Below, in pieces: positions 7,904 through 16,500 of a stretch of DNA of 17,788 bases. Each line of letters opens with the position of its first letter. The first letter of the stretch is position 1. The notes beneath the pieces were generated by a model. That model ran no database searches, was not told the DNA's origin, and was given only the letters and a program-made list of their open reading frames with translations. Both the position numbers and the translations under genes were made by a program. The DNA lies in the NCBI GenBank assembly GCA_043812915.1, contig JBDRLQ010000011.1, positions 1 to 17,788 on the forward strand. The letters are read 5' to 3'. The DNA comes from Candidatus Micrarchaeota archaeon. Its GTDB lineage: Archaea > Micrarchaeota > Micrarchaeia > Anstonellales > Bilamarchaeaceae.

Positions 7904-8836
7904 TCACTGGTAGCTGATTGACGGGGCCGCCCTCGCTTCCAGGATTGAGAGGAACGTGTCCGCGCTCAGCATCGCGCCCTCGTCCGCAAGAACCGGCACC
8001 GGGCAGCGCCTCACTTCTTCGGCGGATTCTGCTTCCATGCCCGCCATGTGCGCGGCTTTCAGGATGGCATCCATTATGTTTCCGGTCTCGTCCACGAGCC
8101 CGACAGTCTCGGCCTTCCTGCCGGTCATTATCCTGCCGTCCAGCGCCTCCTCGAACAATGGCATGTTCATCCGATCCTGCCTGTTCCGAAGAATGTCTGA
8201 CTTGAAGTCATCGAAAACCTCATCCACAAGGGCCTGGAGAATCATCTGCTCCTGCTGCGACATGTTCCTGAATGAGGAGCCCATGTCCTTATGCTCCCCT
8301 GAGACGACATTCGTGCCGTTTATACCGATTTTGTCGAACAATCCCTGCATGCTGACGACTGTGGTCACCACGCCGAGGCTGCCGGTAATTGCGTTCGGGT
8401 CTGATATTATGTAATCGGTAGCAGATGCGATGTGGTACGCTCCAGATGCCGCAACCTCCCGGAAATAGGAAACCGAGGGCTTGTCCAGCTCCTCAATAGA
8501 ATCATAGATTTCCCCGCTGGCAACAACCGAGCCGCCCCCGGAATTGATGACGAAAACGATGGCGCCGACATCATCCCTGTCATTGAGTTCCCTTATCGTA
8601 TGGGCGAGCTGCCCTGAGCCAGGATAGCCCTCGCTGAACAGGGTTGCCGGGACCCCCGATGTCGTCAGGGGGTAGTTCACGTCAACTACGGCGACACACT
8701 TGCCGGTAACAGACGGGAGCATGAGCGAGAAAAGATAGAACACCGCGATGACCATGACGAATAGTACAAGGAAGAGCATGATGGTCCTTATCAGGAAGGC
8801 CCTTCTTCCCACTGGTTTATTTCTGGTAGGTTGCAT
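7904..8836 (-). CDS. sppA: Signal peptide peptidase SppA (peptidase S49, 36K type)
   Basis: INSGGGSVVAS, EVAASGAYHIAS (catalytic Ser), TGSLGV, SGEHKDMGS (catalytic Lys), GRIMTGRKAETVGLVD; N-terminal TM helix. Confidence 0.92.
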   Translation of the reverse strand: MQPTRNKPVGRRAFLIRTIMLFLVLFVMVIAVFYLFSLMLPSVTGKCVAVVDVNYPLTTSGVPATLFSEGYPGSGQLAHTIRELNDRDDVGAIVFVINSGGGSVVASGEIYDSIEELDKPSVSYFREVAASGAYHIASATDYIISDPNAITGSLGVVTTVVSMQGLFDKIGINGTNVVSGEHKDMGSSFRNMSQQEQMILQALVDEVFDDFKSDILRNRQDRMNMPLFEEALDGRIMTGRKAETVGLVDETGNIMDAILKAAHMAGMEAESAEEVRRCPVPVLADEGAMLSADTFLSILEARAAPSISYQ

Positions 8837-8854
8837 ATCCAGGGATTGGGTAAG

Positions 8855-8866
8855 AATATATAAAAA
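8855..8866. promoter_or_regulatory. Central TATA element of the divergent sppA / carS promoter
   Basis: AATATATAAAAA reads TATATAAA on + and TTTATATA on -, and lies 20-25 nt from both start codons (8836 -, 8890 +). Confidence 0.55.
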
Positions 8867-8889
8867 TCTTGTTCATGAGAATTGAGTGT

Positions 8890-9405
8890 ATGGATGAAAT
8901 AGCCGATTTGCTAGTTTTTCTAATCCCCATCTACGTGGCGAACGCCATACCAGTAGTGCTAGGAGGCGGGGCTCCGCTGGACCTGAGCACAAAGTTCGTT
9001 GATGGAAGGAGGGTCCTTGGTGAGAGCAAGACAATCCGCGGATTCATAGCTGGAGTCGCAGGCGGAACCACGATTGCTGGGATAATCAGCATGTTCTATT
9101 TGCTGCCCTTCTTTCCAGACGCTAGCACCCAGTTCATGGCAGGCTTCGCGATGTCGCTTGGCACCATGCTCGGAGACGCTTTCGGGTCCTTCATGAAGAG
9201 GCGCGCCGGGATGGAGCCTGGAAAGCCGTTCATACTGGACACAATGCTGTTTGTGGTGTTCGCGCTAATACTTGCATATCCATTCGTCACAGGAACGCTC
9301 TATGACCCGGCAAACATTGCTTTTATACTACTCCTGACGGTGATTCTCCACCCGCTGACCAATTTCCTGGCCAACCAGACCGGGCTCAAGAAGGTTCCGT
9401 GGTGA
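8890..9405 (+). CDS. carS: CDP-archaeol synthase (CDP-2,3-bis-(O-geranylgeranyl)-sn-glycerol synthase, DUF46)
   Basis: Family motifs PIYVANAIPV, PLD....DGRRVLGESKTIRG, GTMLGDAFGSFMKRR.G...G, LD, and C-terminal N.LA...GLKKVPW; multiple TM helices. ATG 8890 preferred over TTG 8869. Confidence 0.92.
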   Translation: MDEIADLLVFLIPIYVANAIPVVLGGGAPLDLSTKFVDGRRVLGESKTIRGFIAGVAGGTTIAGIISMFYLLPFFPDASTQFMAGFAMSLGTMLGDAFGSFMKRRAGMEPGKPFILDTMLFVVFALILAYPFVTGTLYDPANIAFILLLTVILHPLTNFLANQTGLKKVPW

Positions 9406-9406
9406 C

Positions 9407-10471
9407 ATGCAATCCGAACTCCTGAAAAAAGCTCTAGAGAGAGGGAAGGTCGAGAAAAAGGAGGAGGAGCTTGGCTACCTCAGGTTCATAGATGATTTCA
9501 GCGGCGTGCCCAGGGGGACCGTGATTGTCGGAACCAGGGTAATCTGGGGCTTCCCGCATATTCCCAGGATATTCACCCTTGAGGAAGGGGTGAAGAGGAA
9601 TATCAAGGACAAGGAGGTGTACCTCGAGGAGAAGATAGACGGCTACAATCTCCGGATTGCGAGGATTAAGGGCAAGGTCTACGCTTTTTCAAGAGGCGGA
9701 TTCCTGGACTCTTTTTCCACCGAGAAGGCACGGGGGATGCGCCTTGACGGGTTCTTCAATGCGAAGCCCAGGCACATACTGTGCGGCGAGATGATAGGCA
9801 ATACCCCATACACGAAACCCAGCGGGAAGTACGACGTGAAGCTGCTTGTCTTCGATATCATGAGAGAGGATGGGGACTTCCTGCAGTGCGCAAGCAGGCA
9901 TGAGCTGCTCAAAAAATTCGGAATCGAGGGGGTCCCGTTCCTTGGAAAGTTCAGGGCCGATGACGGAAACTCGCTCAAGAGAGTGGCGCTTTCATTGAAC
10001 AAGTCGAATAAGGAGGGGATGGTGATAAAGGCGGCGGATCGGAAGACAGTCGTCAAATACGTCACCCCTAACGCCGATATCGAGGACATCGCCAACGGAG
10101 CCGCAATCTACCTTGACATGCCCCCCGGATTCTTCTACCAGAGGGTTCTTCGCTCGGGCATTTTCATGAAGGATTTCGCCCTTGAGCAGGAGAAGTTCGC
10201 CAAGAAGCTCGGGGAAGCGTTCTATTCGGGCCTGATGAAAGCGCTGAAGGAGACGGAAAAGGGCGAAGAGGCGTCAGAGGAATTCGAGATTCTTATTAAG
10301 GACCCTGCCGTCTGGCAGCACATCCGGAACCATATGAGCCACGGGGTGCACCTGGAGGAAGTCTTCAGGAGAGAGGAGGAAGGGGGCACAAGAATCCGCT
10401 TTTTGAAGAAATACAAGAAGACCAGCAGGCTGCTAAAGGCATACCTGCATGGGAAAGGGATAACGGACTGA
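9407..10471 (+). CDS. ATP-dependent RNA ligase, Pab1020 / Rnl3 family
   Basis: Nucleotidyltransferase motif I EEKIDGYN, RGGF, CGEMIG (III), VFDI (IIIa), EGMVIK (IV), KY (V); N-terminal GFPHIPRI segment and C-terminal dimerisation-type region typical of archaeal Rnl3. Confidence 0.88.
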   Translation: MQSELLKKALERGKVEKKEEELGYLRFIDDFSGVPRGTVIVGTRVIWGFPHIPRIFTLEEGVKRNIKDKEVYLEEKIDGYNLRIARIKGKVYAFSRGGFLDSFSTEKARGMRLDGFFNAKPRHILCGEMIGNTPYTKPSGKYDVKLLVFDIMREDGDFLQCASRHELLKKFGIEGVPFLGKFRADDGNSLKRVALSLNKSNKEGMVIKAADRKTVVKYVTPNADIEDIANGAAIYLDMPPGFFYQRVLRSGIFMKDFALEQEKFAKKLGEAFYSGLMKALKETEKGEEASEEFEILIKDPAVWQHIRNHMSHGVHLEEVFRREEEGGTRIRFLKKYKKTSRLLKAYLHGKGITD

Positions 10472-10522
10472 CAACGCCCTTGGCTGATTATGGATAATCG
10501 AATACGGAAGGGAGCTTGAGCC

Positions 10523-13500
10523 CTACGTCAGCTCCACGTATATGGTCACCATGTCGGTTGCGCCCTCATAGGTGGCCAGGGACTCGGGTATCGATTGAAG
10601 GTAATCGTAGGTCCCGAAGGTGTCCATGGCGGCGCTTGAAACGTTGACGACCCAGACTGTTGACTGGTTTATCGTGTGTGTGAACTCGGTTCCACCATCC
10701 GAGGTGTCCCACAGTATGCCCGTGTAGAAGGTTGAGTTCCAGGCGGAAGCCGCAACAGGAACAAGGCCAATCGTATCGCTATACACAATGAATGTGCTGC
10801 TGTTCTTGGGCGCAGAGCCGTCAACGGAATAAGTGTCCTCGATGTTGTCCGCGAAGCTCTGTGTCTCGAATGCTATGTCCAGTTCGCCAAAGTCATTGGT
10901 CGAATTGGTGTCCGTGGTGGTCCTTCCGATAGCCTGCAGGCCTGACCAGTTGATTGTGGAGTCATAGTCGGCAAAGTAGACGTTGTAGGCACTCCCGGGC
11001 CATGAGAACACGTTGCTGGTCGCCGAGGCGTCGGTGAGGTTGATGTTGCCGCTGGCATTACCGAAGAACCTGTGCCACATCTCGGAGCATGTGTACTCGC
11101 ATCCCATATGGGAATTCTCAGTCCACAATGAGAATGAATCGCAGCTGTCATTGTCTCCTGTGTTTGTGGAGCCGCCGGTGTTGTTGAGGTCGAAGCCGTT
11201 CCAGCAGATGACATCGCTTGTCAGGTTGCCGCTGGTGCTCGCAGAATCGAAGAGCAGGCCGCCAACAGTGTTGTTGGTGACGTTGTTCAGGGACATGTTG
11301 GTGTAATCGCCATTGCTCATGTTGACTCCGTACATGCCGTTGAGATACACTGATGAGCGGTTGATGAGGGTGTTGTTAGAGCCCTCTATCCGTATTCCAT
11401 CCTCAGTGTTGTTGCAGGCAACCGAATCGTCGATGATATTGTCATCCGAGTTGTCGATGAATATGCCGCTGCCCGAGTTGTTGCAGAACCACGAGGGGTC
11501 GATTGTGTTGCTGGATGAACCCTGCAGCCACAGGCCGTATCCGGAGTTGAGGCTGGCATTGCTGGAATCTACGAGGCTGTTGGTCGATGATTCCAGATAG
11601 TAGCCATAGGTGTTGTTGAATGCGTAATTGCCAAGCAGAGTGATGTTCTCCCCATCATAGACGACCGCGCCGAATCCTGCAGTTGTATTATAGAGTGTGC
11701 TGTCGTTGAGTATGCTGTCGCCGGTCCCGTCGAAGCGCACGCTGATGTTCGTTGCGTTGTACACGGTGACGTTGTCCACATAGACATTCACGGTCCTGAA
11801 GATGGTGACCCCATCCTCGTAGCCGCTAATCAGCGGGCAGTTGGCTATTGTGACATTGGAATAGTCTGTGCCGACGGAGCCGTTGACCACAATCGCCGCC
11901 GCCTCAGCGGTGCCGTCGTTGGTGATGTTGTACCCGTTGCAGTCGAATATCACATTGTCCGAGGCAATTTTTATGCACGCCCATTCGATATTGGTAACTT
12001 CTGAGGCGTCGTTCGGAGCACCCTCGACATTATTGTCGAGCTGGTATCCGCCAGCCGAATCTATCACGATGCACCCGGTCAGGTTTTTCTGGAGTATGCC
12101 GTAGTCGCTGCTCGGGACAAGGTTGTCAATCCTAAGCTCGTTGGCTGTTGTGTCAGGGGTGTCGTTGAGCATGGTCCAGCCGTCCGTTGCATTGAATTTC
12201 CAGAGCTCGAAGTAATCCTCATCGTATGGGGCTCCGGCCTCGGAGTCGTCCCAGTTCCAGATGATATAGTTTATTGTCGGGGCCGAGCCGATCGAGGTAA
12301 TGTTGATGTACTTCTCCCGGAAACTTGTCCGGTATGCCGGCAGAGCGGACTCATTCATCGTCCAGTTGATGCCGTAGCCCTCACCAGTGTAGAAGATGTC
12401 GTAGATTGTGAGGTTGGTGTAGTTTGTGAAGTTGCCAAGCGGGCAGTCGATGTAAATCTCTTCCAGGAGTATGTAGCTCCCGGTCGCTGCGCCCTCATCG
12501 ACAATCAGCTCGGCGTCGCTGTTGTTGTAGAGGTGGATGTAGCTCGCATTGGTGTTGTTCGTCCCGCTATTTGAAATGTAGAGCCCGAACGAGTTCCCAT
12601 GGGCAGTGTTGTTGGAGAAGTTCCCGTATGTGCTAGAGGTGGCATACATTCCGTAATTCCGGTTGTAATATGCTGTGCTGTTGGTGATATTGAAGTAATC
12701 CACCGCGTTGAAGTTGAATCCGATGGTGTTGTTGTAAGATAGATCACTGTCGGCGTAGTGCCCGGTCCCCCCGAAGTAGAACCCGTTGTTGCTGTTGTTG
12801 AAGGCGGTAGAGCCGGATACGTTGTTGTAGTTCTGGCCCACCGTGAATCCTGCATGTGTTGGGGCAATTCCCCTGTTGCTAGAGGCGCTGCAGAGGCTGA
12901 AGTTGTTGTTTTCCGCCCCAAGGTCCAGCCAGAATCCTGATGCGGAGTTGTCGTGCGCGGTGCTGTTCGCTATCGTGTTGTAGTCGCCCCTGAACAGGAA
13001 CCCGTATGAGTTGTTGTAGGCGACGTTTCCGGAGAGGTTGTTGTAATTGGCCCCGGAATACACCACTATGCCGTTCTGGGCGTTGCTGTGCGCGGTGTTG
13101 TTCGTGACGTTGTTGGCAACAGCGTTTGTCAGATAGAGGCCCTGCGTGTTCTCGTAGAGGAGGTTGTTCGAGAAGTTGGAGTAGTCAGAGGTTCCATAAA
13201 TGCCCATGGCACTCTCATACATTATGTTGTCCGTATAGTTGCCATAGTTCCCAGTCGCGATGATCCCGTATGAGCTGCAGTTGTTCGCGGTGTTGTTCGT
13301 GGCATTCGCATAATCGCCGCGTAGGTAAATGCACGCCTCGCAGGTATAGGCGATATTCCGGCTGTAGTTGTTGTACTGCGAGTCTGTGTCGTCGAAGATG
13401 CATCTCTGGTTGGTGTTGTAGTAGCCGTGCGGGGTGTTGTTCACAATCTGGTTGTAGTCAGCGGCCTGCAGGACAATTCCGGAGCGGATTCCGCCGCCAT

Positions 13501-16500
13501 AAAGATGCTCGACTTCGTTGCCCGACACATTGACATAGTTCGAGTAATAGAGGTGGATGCCATATTCGGTGGCGTTGATGAATGTGTTGTTGACCACCTG
13601 GACATCCTGGGTCCTGTGCACAACGATTCCCTTCTCGTAATCATAGACGCTTTTGCAGCCGGTAACCGTGATGTTGGTGTAGTCCACCGCGATGGAGCCG
13701 TTGATTGCGATGCCCGCCGCATCAGAAGTCCCGTCGTTGGTGATGTTGTACCCGTTGCAGTCGAAGACGACATCGTCTGATGCAATCTTGATGCAGGCCC
13801 AGGCTATTCCGGAAACTTCAGAGGCGCCTATAGTAGCACCTGTGATGTTGTTGTCAAGCTCGTACTCACCAGGAGTTCCGATTACCATGCAGCTTGAAAC
13901 CTGCTTCTCAAGTATGCCGTAGTCGCTGGAGGGATCGAAGTCAAAGAGCGCAAGCCGGTTCGCGGTCAGGTCCGGAGTGTTGTTGAGCATGGTCCAGCCG
14001 TCCGTTGCGTTGAATTTCCAGAGCTCGAACCTTGATTCATTGTAAATGCCAACGACTTCCGACTCGCTCCAGACCCACTGTATGGCGTCGATACTGATTA
14101 TGCCGCTGTCCGATATATTGACGAACTTCTGCTCGAAGCTGAATCTCTGGGATGGGAGCGCGCTGGAATTGACTGTCCAGTTGACGGAGAACCAGGAGTT
14201 GGCCTCGAGGCTATCATTTAGATACAGGCGCGTATAGTTCTCGAATTGCCCTGGGGGGCTGTCGAAGGTTATGTTGGCGAATGAGATGTTGATAGGCGTT
14301 GTGCCGGTGGAGACATTCATGTCCAAGACCGAGCTGTTGTGCACGTGTACGTCATTCAGTGTCAGGTTGTTCGAGCGAAGGTACATGCCATAGCCATTAT
14401 CGTAAACCGACACATTAGAGAACGTATGGAAGCCATATGTTGGTGAGAACCCGAGTGGTGTGAAATATAATCCGTATCCATTCCCGTACGAAGTGAGGTT
14501 CTGGACGTAGGCATAGCTGCCTCCAGCGACGCCGAAGCCGTATGTGCAGTTGTACGCGGTGCTGTTGATATACGTGATGTTTGTTGCGCCAGCATTAAAG
14601 AAGCAGTAGTCTGAAGAGAGCATCCCATAAGCGGTGTTGTTGACAAGGGTGAAGTTGGCCCCTCCTTTGCCAGGCTCGCATTCTTCGTTGTTCGGAGAGA
14701 TGTCGTACCAGGTATTATGGTATGCGGTGTTGTTTTCTATATGGTCGTTTTTACCCTGCAGGCTGAATCCCATCACATTGTCATAAGCAATATTGTTCGT
14801 GAAGTTGGTCCAGCTCGCGTTGTAACCGCATGCCATCCAGAACCCTTCCTGCGCGCAGTTTATTGCAGTATTATTATCAAAGACATTATAAGTGGTGCCC
14901 AGGTCCACATGCACAGTATGGAAGCCACGCCACGCGGTGTCCACAAGGCAGCCGCGTATCAGGTTGTTGCCTGAGCCCATGGCCAAAGTGAGCCCCTCTT
15001 GCTGGAGGTTGTAGGCGCTGACGTTCGTGATGTTGGTGTAATCAGAAGCATACAGGTAAACACCCCTAGAACCTGGATCACCGAGTGCGGAGATAGTCAT
15101 ATTCTGGACCACGTTATAGCTGCTGTTAAATATCTCAATCCCCGAAAGATAGGCCGACAGGTTGGAGCAGTTCATTATTGTTATATTCTGGTGGTTGAGG
15201 TCCGCAGAGCCGTTGACCACGATTGCAGATGCCCAGGCGGTCCCGTCGTTTGTGATGTTGAACCCGTTGCAGTTCAGAATCACATCGGATGTCGCTATCT
15301 TGATGCATGCCCAATCGACAATTGAGGGTATGTCAGAGACATCAATCGGGGCCCCTGTGAGGCTGTTCTCAAGCTGGTAGAAACCGGCTTCATCTATCAG
15401 CATGCATTTTGTGGCGTTCCATTCCAGGATGCCATAGTCGCTCCTCGGGTCCATGTCTGTGAGCGACAGGAGGTTTGCGACAGTGTCCGGGGTAGTGTTG
15501 AGGACGAGCCAGCCGCTCTCGTTGTACTTCCACAGCTCGAAGTACGCCTCGTCGTTGGGGTACCCGCTCTTGTTCAGCTCGGAATCCATCCATGACCAGG
15601 TTATGCTGTCTATCGTGCCCGGGAACGTGGCGCCAAGGTCCAGGTAGCTTATGTTCACGAACTTCTGGGCGAATGAGAGCCTGCGGTAAGGCAACTCCGA
15701 GCTGTTGATCGTCCAGTTGATGGTGTATCCGCTGCCATCCTCCACGATGTCCGTGATGTTGAGTACGGTGTAGTTCGAGTGGTTGCCAAGCGGGCAGTCG
15801 ATAGTGAGATTGAAGAAGTTCATCGATATATCAGAGCCACCAGTATTGAGGACGCGGAGGTCCATGCCGTTGCTGTACAGGTGGGTGTGGCTCGCATTGA
15901 AATTGGAGCTGCCGCTCACGACTAAGCCATCGCCGCTGTTGTTGTAGGCAGCCGTAAACGCGGCGGACGTGTCGCTGGTATAGCTAAGGTAGACTCCATA
16001 GGTGTTATTGTATGCGGTATTGTTATCCAGCCTGTGGAAGCCACCGTAGGCGTAAAGCCCGTAAGTGTTATTATAGGCAGTATTATTCGTGAAGTTGTTG
16101 TAGTGTGCCCAGACATTGAATCCATAGCCATTATCATGCACTGTATTATACTCGTACCTGATGTAGTTGCTCGCCCCGAAGAATCCGGCCCAGGTAGCTA
16201 TCCCATCACTGCAGCCGCTGGCATCGTTTCCGGTTATGTTCAGGTATCTGCTGGATAGCGTGCTTATGCAGTCTGAGGCATCGTACACCGTGTTGTTTGC
16301 GATTGTAGAGTTGTGGCTTGAGCCGAAATATATGCCGTTCGATCCGATGTTGTAAACAGTGTTATTGGACAGATTCGCATAGTTCGATCCCGCCGAAACG
16401 AATATCCCGTGCGTTCCCAGGTCGTATACGGTGCTGTTTATTATGCTTGTATAGATTGCGGATACCAGGTAAAATCCGTATGTCCCATTCACAGCGCTGG

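Noticed and set aside
9407..10471. DNA ligase call for the KIDG-motif protein
   Set aside because: No C-terminal OB domain or N-terminal DNA-binding domain is apparent; size and motifs fit the Pab1020/Rnl3 RNA ligase family.
11913..14029. Diversity-generating retroelement TR/VR pair (near-identical repeats, AAC-rich gene)
   Set aside because: No reverse transcriptase in the window; both copies are in-frame parts of one ORF and short; the single mismatch in the 48-nt patch is a synonymous C/T on the coding strand, not adenine-specific.
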